From Clostridia bacterium (GTDB lineage Bacteria > Bacillota > Clostridia > Oscillospirales > CAG-272), in the NCBI GenBank assembly GCA_017456905.1, contig JAFTIL010000025.1:438-64437 (forward strand): DNA of 64,000 nucleotides, read 5' to 3'. Positions 18,124 to 28,139 of the stretch are shown here, piece after piece (the first letter of the stretch is position 1; each line of letters begins with the position of its first letter). The notes beneath the pieces were generated by a model. It was not told where the DNA came from and ran no database searches. It saw only the letters and a program-made list of their open reading frames with translations. The position numbers were made by a program, and so were the translations under genes.

Positions 18124-19437
18124 TCAATTATCCAAATTAACCGGCCCTGGCAGAATGATCTGTACCCCAAACATTCCGAATTCTTCAAAGTAGTCAATCA
18201 TGCCGTGATAGTCAGAAACGATCTTCTCAACGATCTGGTGTCCCCAACCGTGGGAGTCTCCGGATTTCTTCGTAGTTCGAAGTTCTTTATTGTTTTCCAA
18301 TACAGACTTTTTAACCGTGTTCTTGCAGATAATAATGCGATTGGAATTTTGTTTGGAGAACAAGAGTTCTATTCGCTTCTCTTCTACCTGCCCAACCGCC
18401 TCTATGGCATTATCCAAAATATTGCCCATGAGGCAAGCAAGATCAGCGTCTCGGATATCAGACAGATCGCCAATGGAACCGGAAATGATAACACGGGTGT
18501 TTTTCAAAGCGCACAGCTTGGAATTGATCAGATAATCCAAAATGGTGTTGTCGGACCGTATCAGTTTTCCCATTTGATCGACCTGAGGCAGAAGAGACTG
18601 AATGTATGTCTTACATGCTTCGCTTTCATCTTGCTCCAAGTAACCTGACATAACGGTCAGATGTTGCTTCATGTCATGCTGCACTTTGCGCACATTCTCC
18701 CAAACTGCCGAGGCATCATTATGGCGAGCCTTTTCAAACGCCATTTTTTCTTCCAATAGTTTTAGCTCATATCTGCTTTTTTGCAGCTTTTGAATTTGAT
18801 ACAGAAGGATATATAGAAATACATTCGTTAAAATAAATGCAAGAACGATAACGAGAATATGTGTCTGAAAATTGGTTGCTTCAGGTAAAACTGCTATGTA
18901 CAATGCGGCTCCTAAACCAAACATTGTAGCCAGCGATAGAAAGAAAGTCAATATCCCATTCCATATATTCATGGCTTCTTCAGATTTAAAAACATGAAGA
19001 ATAAATTGCAGGATCGAGAATAGGGCGATCTTGTGCAAGAATATATAGATAAATCGACTAACTCCCGTAGAACCCAGCATTAAAACTTCGAAATCTTTTA
19101 TGATCATGGACAAACCCATATACAAGAAACTACTGAGAAGAACAAATGTTACCTCATATATGCAGGCAGCCATAATGGCACGGAATTTGTGCTTTTTGGA
19201 TATCCATAATGAAAATGCAGTCGCAATCAAAAAAAGTACGATTGAGATAACCGGATAATAGTCTGGCAAAAGGAAATCGCCAATAAGAGTAATACCAAAC
19301 AACAACAAAATCGCCGGAATGGTTAATTTACTCGTTTTAAATGTAACATGATTATACCGAATTATAAAGTATACGAAAAGAATGCTATCAAACAAGGACG
19401 TTGCTATTTCAACGATAAGACCGATCGTATCTGTCAT
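18124..19437 (-). CDS. AgrC-like sensor histidine kinase (polytopic sensor plus GHKL ATPase)
   Basis: About 6 N-terminal TM helices. H-box VQHDMKQHL, N-box LMGNILDNAIEA and G-box GDSHGWGHQIV. ATGA overlap with the RR gene. Confidence 0.8.
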   Translation of the reverse strand: MTDTIGLIVEIATSLFDSILFVYFIIRYNHVTFKTSKLTIPAILLLFGITLIGDFLLPDYYPVISIVLFLIATAFSLWISKKHKFRAIMAACIYEVTFVLLSSFLYMGLSMIIKDFEVLMLGSTGVSRFIYIFLHKIALFSILQFILHVFKSEEAMNIWNGILTFFLSLATMFGLGAALYIAVLPEATNFQTHILVIVLAFILTNVFLYILLYQIQKLQKSRYELKLLEEKMAFEKARHNDASAVWENVRKVQHDMKQHLTVMSGYLEQDESEACKTYIQSLLPQVDQMGKLIRSDNTILDYLINSKLCALKNTRVIISGSIGDLSDIRDADLACLMGNILDNAIEAVGQVEEKRIELLFSKQNSNRIIICKNTVKKSVLENNKELRTTKKSGDSHGWGHQIVEKIVSDYHGMIDYFEEFGMFGVQIILPGPVNLDN

Positions 19438-20168
19438 TTGGCAAATCTCCTTCGGGTGAATTGCATATAGGATTCCTTAAAAGCCACCAATTTACGTCTG
19501 CTGATGTTTATGAGAGCACCGTTTTTCATGCCCAGGTATCCATCCTCATGGATATTCTCGATATGTTCCTCGTTCACAATATAAGCAGAATGCACACGGA
19601 AGAAATCGTATGGTTTAACACGCTCTTCAACAGATGTCATTGTGCCTCGGCAACGGTATTCTTTCCCGGAAGTCATCTTAATTACGTAATAATTCTTCTC
19701 ACCTTCAAAATACATGATGTCTCGCAATCTAAGTAACGTATCACCATCTGTAGTTTCAAAAAGCAAGGCTTCTTCATCTGAAATGCATTTTTCGATGACC
19801 TTTTTGAACGTTACCGGCAATTCCTCTTCCAAATGCGATTTCCGAAGAAAACGAAAAGGCGCATATTCAAAGGAGCTATAAACAAAATCATCATACGCAG
19901 ACACAAAAATAATGATCGTATCCGGGGTTTTCTCCTTTAGTTCAGAGGCCAAGCGAAATCCGTTGATTTTCGGCATATCAATATCTAAAAACATAATGTT
20001 GATAACATGACTTTTTACATATCGCAGAACATCTTCGCCCGAACCAAAAGCAGGAGTAATTCTACAATCAATACGATCCGGTAAATGATATGCACAAAGC
20101 TCCCGTATTTTCTTGATCAGCTGATTGGCAAATTGAGGGTTATCGTCGCATACAGCAATCGTCAGCAT
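19434..20168 (-). CDS. LytTR-family response regulator (AgrA-like)
   Basis: Receiver domain (VCDDNPQ...FLDIDMPKINGF) plus a C-terminal LytTR domain (FFRVHSAYIVNEEHI). Confidence 0.85.
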   Translation of the reverse strand: MLTIAVCDDNPQFANQLIKKIRELCAYHLPDRIDCRITPAFGSGEDVLRYVKSHVINIMFLDIDMPKINGFRLASELKEKTPDTIIIFVSAYDDFVYSSFEYAPFRFLRKSHLEEELPVTFKKVIEKCISDEEALLFETTDGDTLLRLRDIMYFEGEKNYYVIKMTSGKEYRCRGTMTSVEERVKPYDFFRVHSAYIVNEEHIENIHEDGYLGMKNGALINISRRKLVAFKESYMQFTRRRFAK

Positions 20169-20200
20169 GAGTATCCTCCTGAATAATTGGTGTTGAGTAT

Positions 20201-20229
20201 ATTATAACACATAATGTTAATAGAGTCAA
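20201..20229 (-). promoter_or_regulatory. sigma-A promoter for the RR-HK genes
   Basis: TTGACT-17 nt-TATAAT on the minus strand, with TGT immediately upstream of the -10. Confidence 0.6.
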
Positions 20230-20249
20230 TATTTCATATGATTTTAGTA

Positions 20250-20282
20250 AAGACAGGGTACGGTGTTTCCATACCCTGTCTT
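20250..20282 (-). terminator. hairpin terminator/attenuator after agrD
   Basis: aagacagggta/taccctgtctt 11-bp stem directly after the agrD-like stop. The T tract is weak. Confidence 0.5.
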
Positions 20283-20288
20283 TCTGAT

Positions 20289-20417
20289 TTACTTGCGCAG
20301 CTTCTTCAGCATAGCGGGCTCAGCGGGCTGATATACGAGCCACTGGGATGCGGTACCACCGGCAGAAACGGCAGTTTTCATTGCGAACTTTGCAATGACT
20401 TCAGCGAGTTTTTTCAT
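20289..20417 (-). CDS. agrD: AgrD-like autoinducing peptide precursor (42 aa, not in the ORF track)
   Basis: MKKLAEVIAKFAMKTAVSAGGTASQWLVYQPAEPAMLKKLRK. AAAGGAGG lies 7 nt upstream. Overlaps the agrB 3' end. Has an amphipathic leader and a YQPAEP motif like clostridial AgrD (HQPEEP). Confidence 0.6.
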   Translation of the reverse strand: MKKLAEVIAKFAMKTAVSAGGTASQWLVYQPAEPAMLKKLRK

Positions 20418-20997
20418 GATGCGTCCTCCTTTCAAATAATGGTATTATCATCAAAATAATGATCGCACCGAGGGTATAAAAAATGGTGTTACTGATTAAA
20501 GGCACGATAAATGAAATCGCAAAGCCTACCACAGACCAAATTACATACAAGGTTAAAGCGGTAATTTTATGTTTTTGTTTTTCTTGATCTGTCAGAGGCT
20601 TGTGTATGTTTTCAATAGGGCCGAAGAGCCAAATAATCAGGCAACCGATGGTTAATAGTGCAAGGAATAATAACCGAGGAACCGGAAAAACATTTGCAAG
20701 AAAAACAGATATACCAAAGCTGATAACTGTGCAGAGCTTACACATGATGTAACTATTTGCATGATATCCACCTGTATACTGCCTAATGAGGATAAATGTT
20801 GCCAGAAAAGTTAACGTTGAGATGATTTGACCGTATAGTATTCCTATAACTAATATGATGGATGTGCTGATTAGGAAAGACAATATTAGTTCCAATCCGT
20901 ATACGTAAACTTCCTCATATTCTTCGTCAATAACCTGTTTCGCACGCAATCGACGGCAAATCCACTTTGCTAATTTGTTTTCCATTTCGTGATCCAT
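20401..20997 (-). CDS. agrB: AgrB-family membrane peptidase
   Basis: 198 aa with 4-6 TM helices. The RQYTGGYHA motif is typical of AgrB (conserved His). Confidence 0.8.
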   Translation of the reverse strand: MDHEMENKLAKWICRRLRAKQVIDEEYEEVYVYGLELILSFLISTSIILVIGILYGQIISTLTFLATFILIRQYTGGYHANSYIMCKLCTVISFGISVFLANVFPVPRLLFLALLTIGCLIIWLFGPIENIHKPLTDQEKQKHKITALTLYVIWSVVGFAISFIVPLISNTIFYTLGAIIILMIIPLFERRTHHEKTR

Positions 20998-21046
20998 CCC
21001 TTCTTGAATTTGGGATTCATTTTTGTGTTCTTTAGCTGATGGTCCC

Positions 21047-21188
21047 AGTATAGCACATAATCGAGAACAAAACGAAAACTGGGATAAATGGTAGTAAATC
21101 TGGGATAAATGGTCACGAAAAAACCTTTTATCCCTTGACAGCGCATTCTATCCCACTTTTCGTTTTTGCTTCTTTTTTTGTATATAAT
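21047..21188. promoter_or_regulatory. divergent duplicated promoter/operator modules (candidate LytTR sites)
   Basis: Read in each direction of transcription, the pattern is two TATCCC direct repeats (period 21 or 20 nt), then TTTTCGTTTT, then a -10 box (TATACT at 21047-21052 on the minus strand, TATAAT at 21183-21188 on the plus strand). The -10 lies exactly 26 nt after the proximal repeat in both. Confidence 0.6.
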
Positions 21189-21219
21189 ATATCCACCAAA
21201 ACCAAAGGAGGTGGATGCG

Positions 21220-21528
21220 ATGGATCATTCACGAAACTACCTCGATCACTTGTTGGAAAGTATCGAGAAAAAACGTTTGCTCAGCATCAAAGAGTTTACC
21301 AAAACAGATCTGAATCGAAACACGGATCTGGAGGACGTTACCGCATGGTACGGTCAGCTGGCGACGTTGGTACGAAGCAAACCGCCGAACAGGTACGTTC
21401 GTTGCTTGCTAATCTACGAAGACGAGCACGGGCGAATCCAAAAAGTGGATTATGACTATTTCGAACCAACCGACGCTGAAATCGGCGATACAGTTTTTGT
21501 AATCGCCACAGACATCACATTCAAATAA
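21220..21528 (+). CDS. hypothetical protein (102 aa) upstream of the RHS gene
   Basis: GGAGGTGG RBS 5-6 nt before ATG 21220. Confidence 0.5.
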   Translation: MDHSRNYLDHLLESIEKKRLLSIKEFTKTDLNRNTDLEDVTAWYGQLATLVRSKPPNRYVRCLLIYEDEHGRIQKVDYDYFEPTDAEIGDTVFVIATDITFK

Positions 21529-21540
21529 CAAGGAAGGAAC

Positions 21541-24500
21541 ATGAAAATGGAAAACAACAAACGCTTTATGACCAGACGCGCCTTCTCCATGTGGATCAAA
21601 ACCGTCGCCTGTGTGCTTTCGATTTTGATGATGCTCTATGCAGTGCCGACCAATGTCTTTGCGGAATTGATCGATGCTATTGATGGAGCCCTGGAGAATC
21701 AAGCGGACGAGGTCACTGTCGAAGACACCTTGAAGAAAGAAGTCTTTGAAGTAATCGACCGCCGTGAGGAAACGGTGAAGCACTTCCGCACCGAAGACGG
21801 CTCTTTCACCGCCGTTCAGTATAACGTGCCCATTCACGAAAAGGACGAGAACGGTGAGTGGCAGGATATTGATAATACCCTGTCGGAGTCCGGAAGTGAA
21901 TACGCCACCTCCAATGCCCGCGTAAAATTTGCCAAGAAAACGACGGGTAATGAGACCCTGTTTACTCTCCACGACGGAAACCGCAAGATCACCATGAGCC
22001 TGTCCGGAGCCAATAAGAAGGTTGCAGGCCAGGTCACCAACACTCAGACCGAGTTCCCCGAGGACGCTACCCAGCTCCAGAAAATGATGACCTTAGATAA
22101 GCTGTCCTCCAAGATTCTGTACCCCGAAATCCTGGAAGGGGTTGATCTTGAATATGTGGTGGAATCCTGCAATATCAAGGAAAACATCATCGTCAAGGAG
22201 CGCGCTGATTCTTATAGCTACACTTTCGAGATCAAGTTGAACAATCTGGAAGCCGAGCTCTGTGTGGACGGCTCTGTGGCGATTTCGGATCCCGATACGG
22301 ATGAAGTTGTTTATACGATCCCCAAGGGATACATGTTTGATGCAGACGGAGAGTATTCTGATGCTGTGGAATATACATTGACCAATGTTGGGAACGGGAA
22401 ATACTCCCTGACCGTGACGGCAGATGCTGAGTGGATCAATGACGAGGGGAGAGCTTTTCCTGTAACCATTGATCCTACTTTGAGTAATCCTTCATATAAT
22501 ACTGTAGATGCTCAAATCAGTTCTGGTAGTAGATACTATAGCAATGACATTATTCACATTGCAGGCTCTACATACTTGTATTGGAAGTCAAACTTGCCCT
22601 CTCTGCCTGAAGATGCATATATTGTATCTGCCTATCTTTCCTATCTTAGCTCTAATGGAAGTGAAGATACGATTGGGGCATATCTTGTAACCGCAGATTG
22701 GGGGAGTAGCGGTGTCCCTGCTATTAATACAACGCTCATTGCTCACCAGCAATATGAGCTTGCGGACATGCTTGCTTTGAACTATTGGTTTAATTGGGAT
22801 ATTACCGAAGCAGTGGTTGCTTGGTATAACGGAACTCCCAATTACGGTATTTCTTTGAGGAACATGACCGATTCGAATGAAGGTATGGCTCTGTATTCCT
22901 ATGAAGCCACACAAGCGATTTGCCGCCCTCAATTTTGCATTGCGTACCGTGATGTTTCCGGTATAGAGTCTTATTGGTCATATGCGACTCAAAATGCAGG
23001 ATTGGCAGGCTCGGGTGCAGTAAATCAAGCTACCGGTGAATTGACTTTCTCGACAGATATGTTAGCAATGACAGATCATTTGTTCGGTTATACACCGGCT
23101 CTTGTTTACCAATCTTCCAAAAGTGCTGAAGAAAATACAAATGAATATAATGAAAATAGTCCCTTTATTTATTATACAACAGGATTGGGTTGGCATTTAA
23201 GTACGGATATCAGTGTATGTTGGAAACCCTTTGAAACTTCAGACGGCACAGAATACATGATCTATACTTATACAGATGGCGATGGAACAGAACATTGCTT
23301 TACAGCAAGCTCAACGGATTATGTCAATAGCGCGTATGATGAAGATGGGTTGGGGCTGTATTTGTATCATTCCATTAATAGTTCGTATATGCAGATTACA
23401 GACGCATCAGGAAATATTCAAACATTCACCGTCTATTCTTCAAACAATGGATACATGGAAGAAGGGGCACTTATTAGTTCTTATGCTGATTCAAACGGAA
23501 ACAAAATACAGTTTAATCGAGATGTTTACGGAAGTATCATGTCGCTTGGTCTCATTCCTACAGGGTTAGCTGAAATAACCTTTTTAAATTTCACCTATAG
23601 TTCCGACGGTTATTTGAGCCAAATTGAAGATTCTACTTACGGAAGAATCGTATCTTTTGAATATTCAAATGAGCCCAACGATGATGCCGACGAATGCGAC
23701 GGTGTCTACTTAAGATCTGTTGAGTATTCACACACTGAGGGAGGCACTACATGCGTGGATGCTTTGATCAAATATTCTTATACGAATATTGTAAATGAAT
23801 CTACCGAAAGTGATACCTATCGTCTATCTACTGCTACAGATACTTTGTCTGGATTAACGATTGAATATGCCTATAATGATGCCGGCCAGGTAATTGCGGT
23901 AACAGAGTACGCATCCGAAGACGGAGAAATCACTGCCGAAGGACAATCTATTCAATTTAGTTATAATGTTAGATTCACCGACATTCAGACAAGCGGTAGC
24001 GATGATGTCCTTGGAACTGACGATGATATTATCACTCGTTATTGCTTCGATCGTGCCGCACGTGCGGTTAGTGTATATTCTACTGACCTCTCTGGAGAAA
24101 CCATTTACGGAGCGTCTGCCGGAACTTATGAAAGTGAAGAAGCAGATGAATCAAGTAATAACAAGCTGAAAAGTTCTGTTGTATCGGGCGGTTCTTCGAC
24201 TAATTATTTGATCAATGGCGGTTTCGAACTCACAAATTCGTCTGCCGTGCCTTACTGGTATGCTTCTTCCAGTTCGCGCATTAGCATCAATGATCCGACC
24301 TACGGTTTGTCTAAAGAAGTTTGTTTTACACCTGCCTATAATGCACAAGATTCTATATATCAGCTTGTAAAATTGGATAATGGTAAATACACCGTTTCCT
24401 TTGATTACTCAACAATCAGTTGCGAAAATGTAGATATTTGGATCCAAGTTCAATCGAACACAAGATCAACCGTCATTGCAGAAAAGAAGTTGGCCGTCAA

Positions 24501-27500
24501 TTTGGACTACGCTGCTGAACGAGTCTTCGATAGTTTGTCTTTTGAAGCCAATCATACTTCCGGTATTGACACCTATAAAATTTCTTTCATTGTAAAGGGT
24601 ACTGCTACTGATTGCACAGAAGCTATCGTTTATGCGGATAATTTCATGTTGGAAAAGAGTATTGGCCCCAGCTCTTATACCATGATTCAATATGGCAATT
24701 TTGAAGCATTTTCTTCTCTTGAAGAAAATGCAATCAGTAACTTTTGGAATATTGCCTCCGATTCCAGTTACAGCAGCATTAGTAATGAAGAATTGCATCT
24801 TTATAGCAGCATTGAAAAGCAAGCTTTTGCATCGCAAACCATCTATAGTGCAAGTTCTGCTGCGTTGGATCAATACGATAGATTGGGAACTGTATACAGC
24901 CCTTCCGGAACATATGTTATCTCCGGCTTTGCACAAAGCGATGATGCTGTTCCTTCCGCGAGCGGATATTTTGCTCTTCGGGTCGAAGTAGAATATTATG
25001 ATAAAACAAATGGCTCCGATGTTAAGAATTTCCAATTCGATTTTTTGGACTCATTGAATGATAAGCAATTTGTAACAGGTTCATTTGAATTGGATAATAC
25101 TCGCTTCATCAAAGCAATTCGTGTTATCTGCGACTACAGCAATCAGCCCGGTGATGCGATTTTCGATGACATCAGCGTAGTCAGAGTGTCGGACAATAGC
25201 GTTTCCTCCTATGAATACTACACACAGGAAGAGGGTTCTCATGCTGCCGGCAAGATTAAAACACACCGTACACCTCAAACTACGACAAAATATTATTACG
25301 ATATCGCTACTGGTCAAGTATCTGAGTATGATACGTATACTCTTGGTGTTCTCAAGAACATGACGCTATGCTTCTACAATTCTTCCTCCAAAAAACTGGA
25401 AGAGCAGTATGATATGCGGTTCCGTGAGGATGGGTCTCTAATTGATGAGACTGTGACACTTCATACATATAACACATATGGTATGGATACCATTACAGAT
25501 ATGTATGTCATAACATATGATCCTGACGATGATAATGTCGTTGAAAGCACTTCTCCCAAATTGCGCAGCCAAACCGGATATATTACTACCTCTGGTTCTC
25601 ATATTTTCGGAGCTGTAAGCTATACCACCGATACCTCCGGAGTAAGTATGTACTATCAGTATGATAGCGCTACCGGCTGGCTGAAATTCGAGTACACGCT
25701 CAATTACTACGGTCTATACTATACCTATGATGGAATGGGACGAATAACGGCTGTTAATCCTCTGGAGTATTCTCCTACCGATTCGCTTTTTTATGCGTCA
25801 ACCACCGAAGAAGAAGTAGAATATACGTACAATGCTAAGGGACAAATCAGTCAGATGGACACCAAAACCACATCGTATGCATATACTTATGATGATTTTG
25901 GCAATACTACTTCCATTAAAGCGGGTAATAGCGTGTTGGCCCAGTATCAGTACGACCAGTTTAATGGTAAGCTCCAGACAATGACTTACGGCACGGGAGA
26001 AATTGTCCGCTATGTATACGACGAACTTGACAGAATTTCTGAAATATGGTATACTGTTCTCGGAGAAGATCCCGACTGCCGTTATCGATACACTTATACC
26101 GATCGCGGATCGCTGTCTCGTGTGGAAGATTTTGTAATTAGTCAAGAAATGCTGTATCAGTACGATGCTTCTGGCAATTTGATTGGCTGCACAGTAGTCG
26201 ATACGACGGAGAATGTGGTGCTTGCCGGCTATACGTATTGGTACGACGAAGAAAATCGCCTCTCTGAATATGAATACGGTTATGATTACTATTACGGAAC
26301 CGAAAATATGTTCAGCACGGTCTATGGACTGTATACATATGGTGAGGATCAGTCTATCGAACAATATACGCTGTATAGCGATTCTACCTGCGTAGCCAAA
26401 ATCAATTATAACTACGACAAAATGAATCGCTTGGATAGCAAAACATATACATATCCGAGCTTTAACCAGCAGGTCTTGTATACATACAAAGATCGCAGTT
26501 CTACCCTTTCAACGGTTCAGGTGTCGAAATACACCTCCAAGATCAACAATACTACATCTTCGGAATATACTTATACATACGATACCCACGGGAATATTAA
26601 GAAGATTGTCGACCTCGAAGGAAATATTACCACATATGTTTATGACGACCAAAACCAGTTGACCCGCGAGAATTTCAGCAATGCTGCTGATTCCACCAAG
26701 AGTTATACATATGTGTATGAATACGATAAAGCCGGCAACAGAACCAGTAGAAAGAAATATGCTTATACCACCGGTTCTGTCGCATCGCTGACTCCTACCT
26801 CTACCCAAACCCTGACCTATAGTACCGGGGCATGGGGCGATCAGTTGGCAAATACCACGTATGACGCCTTGGGAAATCCTCTGACCTACAACGGTTACGC
26901 TATGACTTGGGATGGCCGTCAGCTTATGGAAATGAGCATGACCGGTGGGCAGTTTGTCTATAGCTTCACATACAACGACGAGGGCATCCGTACAAGCAAA
27001 AATGCCGCCGGAAGTTTACACATCTATACCTTGGAGGGTTCCAAGGTGGTCAAGGATAGTTGGGGAAACCGTATGCTCCTTTTCCTGTATGATGAAAGCG
27101 GTTCTCCCATCGGCCTGCAATATCGAGACACAAGCTATGCCGAAGGGGTATTCGACACATACTATTTTGAGAAAAATCTTTTCGGTGACATCATCGCCAT
27201 TTATAATTCTTCTGGCACCAAGATTGGCACCTATACCTACGATGCATGGGGCAACTGCACTACAAGCACTACATCCGAATCTACCACCGCTGAAAAGCGA
27301 GTCGTAAAGAATTATAATCCCTTCCGTTACAGGGGGTATTTCTACGATTATGAGTTGGGTCTGTATTACTTGCAGAGTCGGTATTATAATCCTAACACTG
27401 GTAGATTTGTTCAACCAGCAAGCATATCAAGCTTAAATTGTGCATCTATTTATTCTTTTAACCTATATGCGTATGCAACTAATGATGCTGTGGGAATTAA

Positions 27501-28125
27501 ATATACTACAAGTGGATATGGTTTAAATGTTAGCAATGATATGGAAAGCACAATTACTTCAACCAGATTAAACCCCGCTTCGCATAACCTCGAGACTACT
27601 GTTTATGGAAAAAGCAAAAGAATAAAATTCAATTTAGACTGGCTTGCCAATGGAATATCTACTAGTTCTACCATCCACGGATTGTTTACTTCGGGTGCAA
27701 CATTACTAAATCACATTGGATACTTTAATATCGGCAAAAATATTGGAGCCTTCTCCGACGATATGATTTTGCTTGGATCGTCTGTGAAAAAAGGGATTCT
27801 AGCATTTAATGAATTTAGTTGGGGATTAGGAAAAGCAGATGTGTTTAGTATAGGGCTGGGAGTGGTTCTAGATATATACGATAGTTACCAGCGTGATGTA
27901 AGTACAGGAGGGATCATTTTAGGTGCAACTTTAACCGCTGCCAAAGGTGTGGGACTAATATACGCAAACAAATTGATTATGTCTGGTGCAACATCAATCG
28001 GGTCAGCTATTTGCCCTGGCCCAGGTACAGCGGTTGGTTTTGTAGTTGGAGGGATTGTATGTATTTTTGTTGATGTTTTTGTAAGTAGCTGGGTTGACGA
28101 ATCTATTGATTCAATAGTTGAATAG
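21541..28125 (+). CDS. Sec-dependent RHS/YD-repeat polymorphic toxin (WapA-like) with a variable C-terminal domain
   Basis: 2194 aa. N-terminal signal peptide (VPTNVFA-E). Many YD repeats (YTYD..GN, YDALGN). RHS core end YNPFRYRGYFYDYELGLYYLQSRYYNPNTGRF. About 200-aa C-terminal tip. Confidence 0.9.
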   Translation: MKMENNKRFMTRRAFSMWIKTVACVLSILMMLYAVPTNVFAELIDAIDGALENQADEVTVEDTLKKEVFEVIDRREETVKHFRTEDGSFTAVQYNVPIHEKDENGEWQDIDNTLSESGSEYATSNARVKFAKKTTGNETLFTLHDGNRKITMSLSGANKKVAGQVTNTQTEFPEDATQLQKMMTLDKLSSKILYPEILEGVDLEYVVESCNIKENIIVKERADSYSYTFEIKLNNLEAELCVDGSVAISDPDTDEVVYTIPKGYMFDADGEYSDAVEYTLTNVGNGKYSLTVTADAEWINDEGRAFPVTIDPTLSNPSYNTVDAQISSGSRYYSNDIIHIAGSTYLYWKSNLPSLPEDAYIVSAYLSYLSSNGSEDTIGAYLVTADWGSSGVPAINTTLIAHQQYELADMLALNYWFNWDITEAVVAWYNGTPNYGISLRNMTDSNEGMALYSYEATQAICRPQFCIAYRDVSGIESYWSYATQNAGLAGSGAVNQATGELTFSTDMLAMTDHLFGYTPALVYQSSKSAEENTNEYNENSPFIYYTTGLGWHLSTDISVCWKPFETSDGTEYMIYTYTDGDGTEHCFTASSTDYVNSAYDEDGLGLYLYHSINSSYMQITDASGNIQTFTVYSSNNGYMEEGALISSYADSNGNKIQFNRDVYGSIMSLGLIPTGLAEITFLNFTYSSDGYLSQIEDSTYGRIVSFEYSNEPNDDADECDGVYLRSVEYSHTEGGTTCVDALIKYSYTNIVNESTESDTYRLSTATDTLSGLTIEYAYNDAGQVIAVTEYASEDGEITAEGQSIQFSYNVRFTDIQTSGSDDVLGTDDDIITRYCFDRAARAVSVYSTDLSGETIYGASAGTYESEEADESSNNKLKSSVVSGGSSTNYLINGGFELTNSSAVPYWYASSSSRISINDPTYGLSKEVCFTPAYNAQDSIYQLVKLDNGKYTVSFDYSTISCENVDIWIQVQSNTRSTVIAEKKLAVNLDYAAERVFDSLSFEANHTSGIDTYKISFIVKGTATDCTEAIVYADNFMLEKSIGPSSYTMIQYGNFEAFSSLEENAISNFWNIASDSSYSSISNEELHLYSSIEKQAFASQTIYSASSAALDQYDRLGTVYSPSGTYVISGFAQSDDAVPSASGYFALRVEVEYYDKTNGSDVKNFQFDFLDSLNDKQFVTGSFELDNTRFIKAIRVICDYSNQPGDAIFDDISVVRVSDNSVSSYEYYTQEEGSHAAGKIKTHRTPQTTTKYYYDIATGQVSEYDTYTLGVLKNMTLCFYNSSSKKLEEQYDMRFREDGSLIDETVTLHTYNTYGMDTITDMYVITYDPDDDNVVESTSPKLRSQTGYITTSGSHIFGAVSYTTDTSGVSMYYQYDSATGWLKFEYTLNYYGLYYTYDGMGRITAVNPLEYSPTDSLFYASTTEEEVEYTYNAKGQISQMDTKTTSYAYTYDDFGNTTSIKAGNSVLAQYQYDQFNGKLQTMTYGTGEIVRYVYDELDRISEIWYTVLGEDPDCRYRYTYTDRGSLSRVEDFVISQEMLYQYDASGNLIGCTVVDTTENVVLAGYTYWYDEENRLSEYEYGYDYYYGTENMFSTVYGLYTYGEDQSIEQYTLYSDSTCVAKINYNYDKMNRLDSKTYTYPSFNQQVLYTYKDRSSTLSTVQVSKYTSKINNTTSSEYTYTYDTHGNIKKIVDLEGNITTYVYDDQNQLTRENFSNAADSTKSYTYVYEYDKAGNRTSRKKYAYTTGSVASLTPTSTQTLTYSTGAWGDQLANTTYDALGNPLTYNGYAMTWDGRQLMEMSMTGGQFVYSFTYNDEGIRTSKNAAGSLHIYTLEGSKVVKDSWGNRMLLFLYDESGSPIGLQYRDTSYAEGVFDTYYFEKNLFGDIIAIYNSSGTKIGTYTYDAWGNCTTSTTSESTTAEKRVVKNYNPFRYRGYFYDYELGLYYLQSRYYNPNTGRFVQPASISSLNCASIYSFNLYAYATNDAVGIKYTTSGYGLNVSNDMESTITSTRLNPASHNLETTVYGKSKRIKFNLDWLANGISTSSTIHGLFTSGATLLNHIGYFNIGKNIGAFSDDMILLGSSVKKGILAFNEFSWGLGKADVFSIGLGVVLDIYDSYQRDVSTGGIILGATLTAAKGVGLIYANKLIMSGATSIGSAICPGPGTAVGFVVGGIVCIFVDVFVSSWVDESIDSIVE

Positions 28126-28139
28126 GGAGGGTAGTATTC

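Noticed and set aside
21079-21154. Short periodic repeats considered as a minimal CRISPR array
   Set aside because: There are only two copies per orientation, at a 20-21 nt period, with no cas genes. The geometry fits transcription-factor direct repeats instead.
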